Below the pieces are notes generated by a model, which was not told the origin of the DNA, made no database searches, and was given only the letters and a program-made list of their open reading frames with translations. The position numbers and the translations under genes are program-made. A stretch of DNA of 64,000 bases from an uncultured bacterium. Its GTDB lineage: Bacteria; Verrucomicrobiota; Verrucomicrobiia; Chthoniobacterales; SZAS-18. The DNA lies in contig CAWCJJ010000030.1 of assembly GCA_963795895.1 (NCBI GenBank), positions 35,356-99,355 on the forward strand, written 5' to 3'. Positions 23,201 to 32,459 of the stretch are shown here, one piece after another. The stretch's first letter is position 1. Each line of letters starts with the position of its first letter.

Positions 23201-23995
23201 ATGCAAAGGTATTGGACTGTTTACAAGCTGCTGTTCCGCAACTCGCTGATTCGCGAGATGAATTTTCGCGCGAATTTCCTGCTCTGGATGATCACGGAAC
23301 TCCTGTGGTTCCTGGGCCAGATCGTCTTCGTGGACGTGCTGTTTCTTTACACGGACACCATCGGTGACTGGACAAAATGGGAAGTCGTCGCGTTGATCGG
23401 TACGCACCAGATCATCAGCCAGGTTTTCCAGGCGTTCTTTTATGTCAACTTGGCGAATCTGCCCGAGTTGATCCGCACGGGCCGGTTGGATTTGATGCTG
23501 TTGCTGCCAATCGACCCGCAGTTCGCGGTCTCGACGCGGCAATTCGGGATGGACAACGTGGTCAACGCGCTCGTCGGCGTGGCTTTTGTGGTGTTTTCAC
23601 TCGCTAAACTTGGTATCACGCCCAATTTTGCCCAGGTGCTGTGTTATACCCTGGCGGTGGGGTTTGGAGCCGTGATCCATTATGCGATCATGTTCTGCCT
23701 CGCGTCGCTGAGTTTCTGGATCGTGCGGGCGCAAGGGTTGATTTATGGTTATTACAACCTGGTGAACATCGCGCGCTACCCGGACCAGGTGTTCGGCGGG
23801 GTGTTTAAATTCATCTTCACCTGGCTGGTCCCGGTGATTGTGGTCGCCAACGCGCCCGCACGGATTTTGGTGCGCGCGGCGGACAAGCCCCTGCTCCCGA
23901 TGTTGCAACTGGCGACGGTGTCGCTGCTAGCGGTGGTGTTGAGCCGGCTGTTCTGGTCGTTCGCCTTGCGGCGGTACTCCAGCGCCAGTTCGTGA
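23201..23995 (+). CDS. ABC-2 family transporter permease (DUF990-like)
   Basis: 264-aa multi-TM ORF paralogous in style to the upstream gene (FRANFLLWMITELLWF..). No ATPase gene is seen next to the pair. Confidence 0.7.
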   Translation: MQRYWTVYKLLFRNSLIREMNFRANFLLWMITELLWFLGQIVFVDVLFLYTDTIGDWTKWEVVALIGTHQIISQVFQAFFYVNLANLPELIRTGRLDLMLLLPIDPQFAVSTRQFGMDNVVNALVGVAFVVFSLAKLGITPNFAQVLCYTLAVGFGAVIHYAIMFCLASLSFWIVRAQGLIYGYYNLVNIARYPDQVFGGVFKFIFTWLVPVIVVANAPARILVRAADKPLLPMLQLATVSLLAVVLSRLFWSFALRRYSSASS

Positions 23996-24131
23996 GGAAG
24001 AAGCAAAGGGCAAGGAGATAGGAGATAGAAGGTAGGGCCGAGGGGATGTGGAAGAGGAGGGACGTGGGAGGCGGTGGAGGGGATGGGAAGAGGGATGTGG
24101 GTTGTGAATCACACGGGACATTGGTTCTATT

Positions 24132-24360
24132 TCTCCGCACCGAAGGTGCAGCCTCATCACAGCCTGGGGTAACGCCCCAGGTGTGGGTTGTTGGTGGGTT
24201 TAGCACTGAAGGCGCAATTTAAACGTTGCTTGTTGGACGGGCAAAATGGTCCTCGAAGGCGCGCCCGGATTGAAACGCGCCTTCAGCGCTGGGCCTGATA
24301 CTGTCGTGTTCCCGGGGCGTTGCCCAGGCTATGATGAGGCTGCACCTTCGGCGCGGAGAA
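24132..24360. repeat. nested palindromic MITE-like element, family D
   Basis: The outer arms tctccgcaccgaaggtgcagcctcatcacagcctggggtaacgccccagg (24132..24181) and cccggggcgttgcccaggctatgatgaggctgcaccttcggcgcggagaa (24311..24360) are inverted copies. The inner pair is gcactgaaggcgc / gcgccttcagcgc. An extra half-unit lies at ~24385..24410. Confidence 0.8.
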
Positions 24361-24617
24361 AAGGCAAAGCTTCGGGCTGTCTCAAGGCCGCACCTTCGGT
24401 GCGGAGAAATACTCCGTGCGGACATCCGCTCTCAACCCTCTCCCCTGCTTTCCGTCTCCTTTCTCGTCCTTCTCCGCCCTTCCGTTTTTCGCCTGGATTT
24501 TTTGTCTTTTGCACCTTGCGCGCCTGCGGAAATGCCAGTACTAAGTCCCCCTTTCCAGAACACCGGTGCTGACTCCCCTCCTCGTCCCCCGATTCTTTGA
24601 CCTGATTCATCCCCGCC

Positions 24618-25322
24618 ATGCCCAAAGCTAAATCCGCCACCCCGAAGGCCAAGGCTTCCGCCGAGCAGAGTGGCAGTGACGAGCCGCTCGCCACTCCCGC
24701 CGAAGCCGGACAAATGGAAGTAGTCGCCAATCCGCCCGCCACGATCGAGAGCGACGACAAACCGGTGCCACCGGCCAGTTCGGCGGACATCACTGCTTCT
24801 GTTTCGCGGTACTTCCTGCCCTCCCAGAAGCTCGAGGACGAGAATGACGCGAAGCTTTCCCCTTTCCTGCGCGGCCAGAAGAAACGCCTGCTGGCCCTGC
24901 GCGACGCGATGCTCGATTCCATGAACGGCATGGCGCAGGACAACCTGCGTTCCCGTGCCGAGGGCAACGAAGCCAGCGCGTTCGGGATGCACCAGGCCGA
25001 CGCCGGCAGTGACGCCTACGACCGTGACTTCGCATTGAACCTCCTCTCGCAGGAGCAGGACGCCCTCTACGAGATCGACGAGGCGCTCAAGCGCATCGAG
25101 CAGGGTATCTACGGCGTATGCGAGATGTCCGGCAAACCGATCAACCGGGAGCGGCTGGAGGCGATACCGTTTACCCGTTTTACCGTGGAATGCCAATCTC
25201 AGATCGAGCGTCAGAACAAAGCGCAGCGTGTTCGCCAATCCGTTACCTCGCTCTTTGGGTTGACCGAAGAGGAAAATGGCGATACGGAAGAGGAAGAATT
25301 CACTCCTGAGACCAAGGAGTAA
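24618..25322 (+). CDS. DksA/TraR family regulator with long acidic/Pro-rich N-terminal extension and a degenerate zinc finger
   Basis: Coiled-coil region and C-terminal [28 protein letters not shown]. Only two of the four canonical Cys positions are retained. Confidence 0.75.
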   Translation: MPKAKSATPKAKASAEQSGSDEPLATPAEAGQMEVVANPPATIESDDKPVPPASSADITASVSRYFLPSQKLEDENDAKLSPFLRGQKKRLLALRDAMLDSMNGMAQDNLRSRAEGNEASAFGMHQADAGSDAYDRDFALNLLSQEQDALYEIDEALKRIEQGIYGVCEMSGKPINRERLEAIPFTRFTVECQSQIERQNKAQRVRQSVTSLFGLTEEENGDTEEEEFTPETKE

Positions 25323-25360
25323 GTCAAACAGACTCACTATTTAAGATTGAAGAATTAGTT

Positions 25361-25534
25361 ATGGCACGTGATATCATTACTCTGGAGTGTACGGAATCCC
25401 GCGCGGCTGGCCTGACGCCGTCGCGCTACGTTTCCTCCCGCAACAAGAAGAGCCCCAACACCCCGGGCCGGTTGGAGAAGAAGAAGTACAACCCTTTTCT
25501 CAAGCGTCACACGCTGCACCGCGAAACCAAGTAG
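25361..25534 (+). CDS. rpmG: 50S ribosomal protein L33
   Basis: Hand translation gives [57 protein letters not shown]. It is not in the ORF track because it is under 60 aa. Confidence 0.85.
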   Translation: MARDIITLECTESRAAGLTPSRYVSSRNKKSPNTPGRLEKKKYNPFLKRHTLHRETK

Positions 25535-25599
25535 GAGCCGACCGCTTCTTATTTTTTTATCCATTCGACCTCGGCTCCCGCCTACCTTTTCGATCTGAC

Positions 25600-25839
25600 A
25601 TGCAACCCAAGACCGCCCAACGCCGCTCCAATTTCCGTCGCGCCAACCGCATCATGCCCCGGCGCCGCATCGACATCGCCCCCGAGGCTATCGATTACAA
25701 GAACCCTGATTTGTTGAAGAAGTTTGTGACTGAAAGCGGCAAGATCCTTCCGCGTCGCGTAACGGGCATGTCCGCTTTCCTACACCGGCGTATCACCCGC
25801 GAGATCAAGCGCAGCCGTTCGGTGCTGCTCATGAAGTAA
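25600..25839 (+). CDS. rpsR: 30S ribosomal protein S18
   Basis: [43 protein letters not shown]. Start at ATG 25600, within the longer listed ORF. Confidence 0.88.
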   Translation: MQPKTAQRRSNFRRANRIMPRRRIDIAPEAIDYKNPDLLKKFVTESGKILPRRVTGMSAFLHRRITREIKRSRSVLLMK

Positions 25840-25884
25840 CGGGCGCCGCCCTCTATTTTCGCCATCGCTGGCAGACATCCTGAC

Positions 25885-25925
25885 GGGTCGGAGTTTTTAC
25901 CACTCCGATCCGTCTTTTTCTTTTT
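25885..25925 (+). terminator. rho-independent terminator after rpsR
   Basis: Stem tcggagt / actccga (extendable to ~10 bp with one mismatch), loop ttttacc, then tccgtctttttcttttt. Confidence 0.65.
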
Positions 25926-25933
25926 GCACCACC

Positions 25934-26770
25934 ATGGAGAATCCGAAAACCACAGAACTCAAGGACACGCAGAACGAACCGGACCACCGTCAGATCGCCA
26001 TCGACCGGGTCGGCGTGAAGAACTTGCGGTTCCCCATCCAAGTGCGGGACAAGGCGCGGAGCTTGCAAAGCACCATCGCGACGGTGGCGCTGACCGTCGA
26101 TCTGCCCCACCATTACAAGGGGACGCACATGAGCCGGTTCGTAGAGGTGCTCAACGCGCACGGGCCAGTCATGCACGTGGACAACATCCGCAAGATTTTG
26201 CGTGAGTTGCGGGCGCGGTTGGAAGCGGACCGGGCGCACGTGACCTTCGAGTTCCCCTTCTTTCTCGAGAAAGCCGCGCCGGTCACGGGTGCCGTCGGAT
26301 TGATGGACTACACGGTGCGTTTCGATGCCACCAGTGACGGGGAAGGCGGTGATTTCGTCATGACGGTGATCGTGCCGGTGACGACGTTGTGTCCGTGTTC
26401 CAAGGCGATCAGCGAGCAGGGCGCGCACAACCAGCGCGGTCAGGTGACGTATTCGGTGCGTTTCTCGGAGCCGATCTGGATCGAGGATCTGGTGCGGATG
26501 GCGGAGAGCTGCGCCAGCAGCGAGTTGTACAGTCTGCTCAAGCGTCCCGATGAAAAAGCCGTGACGGAGCGGGCCTACGCGAACCCGGTGTTTGTGGAAG
26601 ATCTGGTGCGGAATTTGGCGGCCCGCTCGAACGAGCACGACAAGATCGTGTGGTATCGAATCGAGGCGGAAAATTATGAGTCGATCCACAATCACAACGC
26701 CTACGCAATGATCGAGAAAGATAACGCCAAGAGCCGGGCAGTGGTGGGGTTTGGTGGTTCGGTGGGGTAG
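25934..26770 (+). CDS. folE2: GTP cyclohydrolase FolE2 (type IB)
   Basis: GTHMSRF, TTLCPCSKAIS, GAHNQRG and ENYESIHNHNAYA are FolE2/MptA family motifs. Confidence 0.88.
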   Translation: MENPKTTELKDTQNEPDHRQIAIDRVGVKNLRFPIQVRDKARSLQSTIATVALTVDLPHHYKGTHMSRFVEVLNAHGPVMHVDNIRKILRELRARLEADRAHVTFEFPFFLEKAAPVTGAVGLMDYTVRFDATSDGEGGDFVMTVIVPVTTLCPCSKAISEQGAHNQRGQVTYSVRFSEPIWIEDLVRMAESCASSELYSLLKRPDEKAVTERAYANPVFVEDLVRNLAARSNEHDKIVWYRIEAENYESIHNHNAYAMIEKDNAKSRAVVGFGGSVG

Positions 26771-26832
26771 AAGTGTGATGTGGTGACGCGGGCAATGCGC
26801 TTGCGCGGTGGTACCGTTCTAGTTCTGGGTGC

Positions 26833-27010
26833 CTTTGGTTTGGACTGCGGCGACTCGTCGCCGCTTTCTCACGGCTCCGCCGGATCCGCCCGCGACATGT
26901 CGCGATGTCCCCCCCCTCCGGCGAAGCCGGCTTAATCCACCGTGAAGGGCAAGGGACGCGACATGTCGCCCGGAAAAGTGGCGACGCGTCGCCGCAGTCC
27001 AAACCAAAGA
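26833..27010. repeat. REP/MITE-like element, family A (ggactgcggcgac.cgtcgccgc termini)
   Basis: Terminal inverted repeats ctttggtttggactgcggcgactcgtcgccgcttt / aaagtggcgacgcgtcgccgcagtccaaaccaaag, with internal cgcgacatgtcgcg palindromes. A related element lies at 43123..43289. Confidence 0.8.
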
Positions 27011-27104
27011 CAAAAAGGCAACCGGAGCCAGACGCGACAAGGCACGGGGTGCCTAGCCAAATTATCCCAGTTAGATGAAGCAGGATACGCGCAGCCTTCC
27101 AGTT

Positions 27105-27443
27105 TCAGCCTGGAGGCCAATTCAACGCGCGGCCGCCCAGCAAATGCACATGCAGATGAGGGACCGTTTCGCCCGCATCGGGTCCGTTGTTGATGACCAC
27201 CCGATAACCGCTCTTCAGCACACCGAATTCGTCGGCAATTTTCCTGGACGCGACGAGGATCTTGCCAAGAAGATGCTCATCCTCGGAGTTCGACTCGCCC
27301 AGCCGGGCGATCACCCGTTTGGGAACGATCAGAATGTGGACCGGCGCCTTCGGCTCCACGTCCTCGAAAGCGATCAGATCGTCATCCTCGTACACGATCG
27401 TCGCGGGAATTTGTCGGGCGATGATCTTCTCGAAAATAGTCAT
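27105..27443 (-). CDS. HIT family (histidine triad) protein
   Basis: MTIFEKIIARQIPA... and the histidine triad HLHVHLLGG. Confidence 0.9.
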   Translation of the reverse strand: MTIFEKIIARQIPATIVYEDDDLIAFEDVEPKAPVHILIVPKRVIARLGESNSEDEHLLGKILVASRKIADEFGVLKSGYRVVINNGPDAGETVPHLHVHLLGGRALNWPPG

Positions 27444-27451
27444 CGTGTGAA

Positions 27452-28015
27452 TCAGGAGACTGAACAGTTCACTTCCCTCTTCCAATCCAGTGAACTAATA
27501 CCCGCGCGAATGAAGTTCACCATTTCCTCGGGCTTCGGAATGTCTCCCGTTCCCGTAACGGTACCAACTCCTGCTAGATACCGCAAACTCGCTTGCAGGT
27601 CGGTGAAATGAAAGCTGACCGCTCGTGTTCGGTGAAGTTCTTCGATGCGGGCCGACAGGACTTTGTAGAACCCGCCCGGCTGACTACCCGCGACAGTCTC
27701 GGCCAACCGGAGCAGGGAAATTCGGCAATCGGGCGCGTCCGCCAGGAAGCAGCGCGCGATTTCACCGTAACCAATGTCGCGCAAAGCCTGTTGGACGGCT
27801 TCCTGCAATCGACCCAAACCCACCACGTTCTTGGTGTAAATAGTCCCCAAATAGCTACAAACGCTGGTGGTTACGTGATCAGCCAGCCACCATTCCACAA
27901 ACCCGGCTTTGATCGCCGCGCGTTCCAACGCGGCTTGCAGCCAACCGGCCTCAAAGGCGCTGATGCCGCCGTGATAATCCTCCAGCAGTGGCAGGTTGTT
28001 TCGGGTGGCAATCAT
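27452..28015 (-). CDS. hypothetical protein
   Basis: 187-aa ORF in an operon-like position between nrdR and the HIT gene. No family recognised. Confidence 0.5.
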   Translation of the reverse strand: MIATRNNLPLLEDYHGGISAFEAGWLQAALERAAIKAGFVEWWLADHVTTSVCSYLGTIYTKNVVGLGRLQEAVQQALRDIGYGEIARCFLADAPDCRISLLRLAETVAGSQPGGFYKVLSARIEELHRTRAVSFHFTDLQASLRYLAGVGTVTGTGDIPKPEEMVNFIRAGISSLDWKREVNCSVS

Positions 28016-28053
28016 AATCGGGAAGTTCCGCGTGAAAGTAGCTCGCGCCTGGG

Positions 28054-28542
28054 TCAGCAGAAGAGTTCCGGCTGCATCCCGTTCGGCTTGGGCCGACGTT
28101 CGAGCATTTTGATTTCGTCGATGAACTCGCCGATATCCTGGAACTGCCGGTAAATCGAGGCAAAGCGGACGTAAGCCACCCCGTCGATCATGTGGAGCTT
28201 TTCCATGACTTTTGCGCCAATCTCACGGGAATGGACCTCCCGACTGTAGTTGGTCTCCAGGTCGTGAACGATATCCTCCACGGCTTGATCCAGGATTTCG
28301 AGACGGACGGGACGCTTCTCGCACGCTTTGATCACCCCGGAACTGAGTTTGTGCCGGTCGAAAGGCTCGTGCCGTCCATCGCGTTTGATCACCAGCAGGT
28401 CGGCGCGTTCAATCTGTTCGTAGGTCGTGAACCGGTATTCGCAGTTCAGGCAAACTCGACGCCTCCGGATCCCCGAGCAATGGTTGACGGGGCGGGAGTC
28501 GATCACTCGATCTTCGATACCTTTACACTTTGGACAGCGCAT
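28054..28542 (-). CDS. nrdR: transcriptional repressor NrdR
   Basis: Zinc ribbon MRCPKCKG...CLNCEYRFTTYE followed by an ATP-cone (VIKRDGRHEPFDRHKL...YVRFASIYRQF). Confidence 0.93.
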   Translation of the reverse strand: MRCPKCKGIEDRVIDSRPVNHCSGIRRRRVCLNCEYRFTTYEQIERADLLVIKRDGRHEPFDRHKLSSGVIKACEKRPVRLEILDQAVEDIVHDLETNYSREVHSREIGAKVMEKLHMIDGVAYVRFASIYRQFQDIGEFIDEIKMLERRPKPNGMQPELFC

Positions 28543-28572
28543 GCGGCCAGATGGACAAGACCCTACTGGCTA

Positions 28573-28588
28573 ACACAAGATGTAGTGG
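28573..28588. promoter_or_regulatory. candidate NrdR box upstream of nrdR
   Basis: ACACAAGATGTAGTGG matches 12 of 16 positions of the NrdR-box palindrome as I recall it (ACACTATATATAGTGT). It lies ~30 nt upstream of the nrdR start. A second, weaker ACACAAT.. unit follows. Confidence 0.3.
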
Positions 28589-28918
28589 TGTCAACACAAT
28601 CTCGCGGAATGTGGCAAAGAATTTGCTGGCGGAGGCCACTGCGGATTGGGTTCTGTAAACGCTGACTCGACACCGAGGCGGATCATGCAGGCCAGGTTTC
28701 GCTTTCAGCTATCAAGGTGGCGTCCACGCAAAATAGTGGCGTTGGTCAAACCCCGCAGACCATGAAAAGCAAACGCGTCCAGGTTTCTCAGAGAGTGAAC
28801 GGTAATCGGTGGAGACGTATTCTGTCCCCGCTCAGTGGCCTCACGGACTTAACCACGGCAACTCAGTTCATCAAGACCACTCAGTGACTGGAGGGTTCGA
28901 CGCGGTCGAGGAAGTGGT

Positions 28919-29242
28919 TCAAGTACCCGACACAACGGATGACTTGTCAACAGCGAAGTGCAGTCCAGCCGCAGGAAAGGGGAAACAGCTAGAGACACAA
29001 TCCCCCACCTCATCCAATACACCGCGAGCGCAACCCTCTGGATCGTCCCCTTCGTAGCAGACGGTAACAACTAGGCGACCGTTCTCGACATCCCAGTTAG
29101 CAGCCGGGCAGATAATCCACAAACGTTGCTGGAACTCGGCAAGGAGGTCGGAAACTCCAGACTGAGCCTCTGTTTGGGAGAAGCCCGAAACAGAAATGAT
29201 GGTTTCAACCAAAGACATGGTGGATGCCCCCGGCATGACCAT
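28919..29242 (-). CDS. hypothetical protein in AT-richer islet
   Basis: 107-aa ORF in a region of visibly lower GC. No family recognised. Confidence 0.35.
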   Translation of the reverse strand: MVMPGASTMSLVETIISVSGFSQTEAQSGVSDLLAEFQQRLWIICPAANWDVENGRLVVTVCYEGDDPEGCARGVLDEVGDCVSSCFPFPAAGLHFAVDKSSVVSGT

Positions 29243-29320
29243 GCTTGGAACCGGATGCCAGGATGAGACTGGTCGCAGGTGAGATACCCGTCGTGCGCAG
29301 AAGGAGTTATTCCCAGCCGC

Positions 29321-29824
29321 CTACTCAAGGACAAAACCAACGTCACGCAAGAAGGAGCTCTTATCCTCTTTGTTCATGCGGTCGTAGAAGTAACGGATGG
29401 TATAACCTCCTATGAGTCGGTTGCCGTCGAGATACTTCCAGTCAGAAATCTCATCGAGTTTTACCTTAACAGCCTGCCCATACCTAACCTCCTTGGTCTC
29501 GTAGGCTTCGTTGGCAATGGTGCCTTCCAAGTGGCCGTCCACCTCACAAAGGTCGCCAATCCACATGTGCTCCTGCGCGTTATCTTGAGCTGCATACGGC
29601 TTCTTCACGAAAAAGTCACGGTAGGAAGGTTTAGGATTACGGAGAGCTTCAAGAAATTTACCAGACGTTGCTTTGGCGGTCGCGATGGCGGCGTTCATCG
29701 CCGCATCAGAGCTCTCTACGTGTGTAAAATTCCTGTCGGTCTCTGTTGGAGGTGTGTTCGACGTCGGCTTGTTACAGGACGGCAGCATTGCCACACAAAG
29801 GTAGAAAACGGGGATGCGTCGCAT
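29321..29824 (-). CDS. DUF2314 domain lipoprotein
   Basis: Lipobox-like LCVAMLPSC, then FFVKKPY..EHMWIGDL..G.IANEAY...ISDWKY...IGGYTIRYF, which is typical of DUF2314 (YegJ-like). Confidence 0.7.
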   Translation of the reverse strand: MRRIPVFYLCVAMLPSCNKPTSNTPPTETDRNFTHVESSDAAMNAAIATAKATSGKFLEALRNPKPSYRDFFVKKPYAAQDNAQEHMWIGDLCEVDGHLEGTIANEAYETKEVRYGQAVKVKLDEISDWKYLDGNRLIGGYTIRYFYDRMNKEDKSSFLRDVGFVLE

Positions 29825-29913
29825 GTGTTCAGAGTAGCCTGAAATTTAGCTTTTTCGCTTCCCCAACGTTGTGGTGACACGAGTATGTGGCTCTCCCAAA
29901 ATCACGCGTCACC

Positions 29914-32424
29914 TCACTTTTTGGCCGCAGGCTTCGCCTTTGGACGGGCCGTTTTCGCGCGGGGCGCTTTCGCCCCCGGCGCTGCCTTGCCGTCCTTTTT
30001 ATCGTTCTCGAACTCAAACACCACCTTCCCCTTCTCCAGTTTGAGAAACGCGGAGAACGGCCGGTTGCGCTTCGACACAAACTTCGTAAGCAAGTCTGTC
30101 TTGCCTGTTTCAAGCAGCTTCATCGCCTGATCCAGGGGCACCGCGCGTTGCAGGATCACCTTGCTCATGCGGAAGGTACAGGTCTTTTCCGGTCCAACAG
30201 CCTGATCGCAGGTGTAGGCGTTCTCCAAATCGTAAACCTGTCCCTTGTGGCACACCGGACACAAATGCAGCGGGGTCTTTCCGGTGAAATCCGGCACCTC
30301 GCGGTCCGTCGGGAAATCAAACTCGGGACGTCCATCCGCCCCCAGCTTGATCGGCGCGGAAAAAGGTCGCCCCTCCTTGCTGCGAAATCCCTCCAGCTGC
30401 GGGAGATGCTTGTCCACCAAGAGCGTCTTGACCTCGGCGGGGTCAAACTGCCGACCCGCCATCGTCTTCCAAAGCACGTAGTCGCACGACGCGCATTTGT
30501 ACACCCGGTACTCCTCCTTCAGCGGACGCGCCCCGCACTTGGGGCATTGCACGTCCAACTCGCCGAAATCCCCGTCCACCGTGTCGCCCTGGAACGTCTT
30601 CGCGCGGTTGACGATATCCTCCGTCAACGCGCGGATCTCCGTCATGAACGCCCGGCGCTGCAAGCCGCCCTGCTCCATCAGCTTGAGCTTGGATTCCCAT
30701 TCGCCCGTCATTTCGGGCGAGCACAACGCGGAGATACCGATCCCGCGCAAAAGGGCGATCAACGACATGCCTTTCGGCGTCGCGGATAATTCCCGCCCCT
30801 GCCGCGCGAGGTACACGTCCTGGATCAATCCCTCGATGATCGCCGCCCGGGTCGCGGGCGTGCCAAGGCCCTTGTTGCTCATGGCCTCGCGGAGTTCCTC
30901 GTCGTCGATCAGCTTGCCGGCACCTTCCATGGTGGCGAGCAGAGTCGCCTCGTTGTAACGCGGCGGCGGGCGGGTTTCGCTCTGGCGGACCTCCACTTCC
31001 AAGGTGTTCGCGTCCTCGCCCTGCGTGATGGGAACCAGCGTGTCGTTGCCGCCGTCGAGCGCGGCTTCGCGTCCATAAACCGCCATCCAACCCGGGTCCT
31101 TGATGATCTTGCCGTCCGTCTTGAACGGTTCGCCGTCCACCCGGGTGATGCGCGTGGTGATCTCGAACTGCGCCGCCGGGTAGAAAGCCGCGATGAAACG
31201 TCGCGACACCAGATCGAAAATCTTCTGCTGCCATTCGTCCAAACCCTTTGGCTCCACACCCGTTGGGATGATGGCGTTGTGGTCGGACACCTTTGAGTTG
31301 TCGAAAATCCGTTTGCTCGGACGCACCCAGCCGCTGGCGAGCGCCTTGCGGGCGTGGCCGTTGAGCGTGGGGTCCGTGAAGCTGCCCATCGTTCCACGCA
31401 CGGTTTCCAGGTAATCCTCCGGTAAATACCGGCTGTCCGTCCGCGGGTAGGTCAGGACTTTGAACTTCTCGTAAAGCTGCTGCGCGATCTGCAACGTGCG
31501 TTTCGCGCTGAAGCTGAAGCGTCCGTTGGCATCGCGTTGAAGGCTCGTCAGATCGAAGAGTTGCGGCGCGGCTTGCGACGCGGGCTTCTTTTCCTCGGTA
31601 ACGACACCCACCTTGCCGAGGCATTTCTCGCGGATGGCGTCCGCTTTTTCACGTTCCCAGAGACGTTCGGGGCGGGCGTCCTCGTCGCTGCCTTTCTTGA
31701 ATGCTTGATCAAACCAGCGTCCGCGATACTCCCCCGCCTTCACCTCAAAATCGCCGAAGACCTCAAAGTACGTGCGCGGCTTGAACTCGCGGATTTTCTT
31801 TTCGCGTTCCACCAGGATCGCCAGCGTGGGCGTTTGCACCCGTCCGACCGGCGTCAACTGGAACCCGCCGGCCTTGGAGTTAAACGCCGTCATGGCGCGC
31901 GTGGCGTTAATGCCGACCAGCCAATCGCTCTCGGCCCGGCTGAAGGCGGCTTTCGCCAGCGGCGTCATTTCCTCGTCGCTACGCAGTTTTCCAAAGGCCG
32001 TTCGTATGGAATCCGGCGTCATCGATTGCAGCCACAAGCGGCGCACGGGTTTGTTGACCCCGGAAAGTTTGACGATGAAGCGAAAGATCAACTCCCCTTC
32101 CCGCCCGGCGTCGCAGGCGTTGATGATGTCGGTGATGTCCGGGCGTTTCAGGAGCCGTTTCAAAAGTTTGAAACGGTCTTCCGTCGCCTCAATGGCTTTC
32201 AATTCAAACTCCTCCGGAATAACCGGCAGGTTGGCGAAGCTCCATTTGCCACGCTTCTTTTCGAGTTCGGAGGGAAGTGCTAGTTCCACGAGGTGCCCGA
32301 TGCTGGACGCGATCACGTACTGATCGTTCTCGAAATAATTATCCTCCCGCTCAAAACGACCGAGGGCGCGCGCCAGATCGGCGGCCACGCTGGGTTTTTC
32401 AGCGATCACGAGTGACTTTGACAT
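29914..32424 (-). CDS. topB: type IA DNA topoisomerase, topoisomerase III-like, with C-terminal zinc ribbons and Lys-rich tail
   Basis: LVIAEKPSVA, ACDAGREGELIFR and TYPRTDSRYL, several CxxC pairs near the C-terminus, and the tail KAAPGAKAPRAKTARPKAKPAAKK. The 836-aa ORF is intact. Confidence 0.88.
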   Translation of the reverse strand: MSKSLVIAEKPSVAADLARALGRFEREDNYFENDQYVIASSIGHLVELALPSELEKKRGKWSFANLPVIPEEFELKAIEATEDRFKLLKRLLKRPDITDIINACDAGREGELIFRFIVKLSGVNKPVRRLWLQSMTPDSIRTAFGKLRSDEEMTPLAKAAFSRAESDWLVGINATRAMTAFNSKAGGFQLTPVGRVQTPTLAILVEREKKIREFKPRTYFEVFGDFEVKAGEYRGRWFDQAFKKGSDEDARPERLWEREKADAIREKCLGKVGVVTEEKKPASQAAPQLFDLTSLQRDANGRFSFSAKRTLQIAQQLYEKFKVLTYPRTDSRYLPEDYLETVRGTMGSFTDPTLNGHARKALASGWVRPSKRIFDNSKVSDHNAIIPTGVEPKGLDEWQQKIFDLVSRRFIAAFYPAAQFEITTRITRVDGEPFKTDGKIIKDPGWMAVYGREAALDGGNDTLVPITQGEDANTLEVEVRQSETRPPPRYNEATLLATMEGAGKLIDDEELREAMSNKGLGTPATRAAIIEGLIQDVYLARQGRELSATPKGMSLIALLRGIGISALCSPEMTGEWESKLKLMEQGGLQRRAFMTEIRALTEDIVNRAKTFQGDTVDGDFGELDVQCPKCGARPLKEEYRVYKCASCDYVLWKTMAGRQFDPAEVKTLLVDKHLPQLEGFRSKEGRPFSAPIKLGADGRPEFDFPTDREVPDFTGKTPLHLCPVCHKGQVYDLENAYTCDQAVGPEKTCTFRMSKVILQRAVPLDQAMKLLETGKTDLLTKFVSKRNRPFSAFLKLEKGKVVFEFENDKKDGKAAPGAKAPRAKTARPKAKPAAKK

Positions 32425-32459
32425 AGGGCGGGGGAAATCTTGCGGGCGACACGGCGCGA

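Noticed and set aside
23817-24967. ORFs 23817..24206, 23927..24160, 24246..24572, 24331..24600 and 24329..24967 in the ABC-2/dksA intergenic region.
   Set aside because: They are translations of palindromic repeat arms and C/T- or G/A-rich low-complexity tracts. The same peptides arise on both strands.
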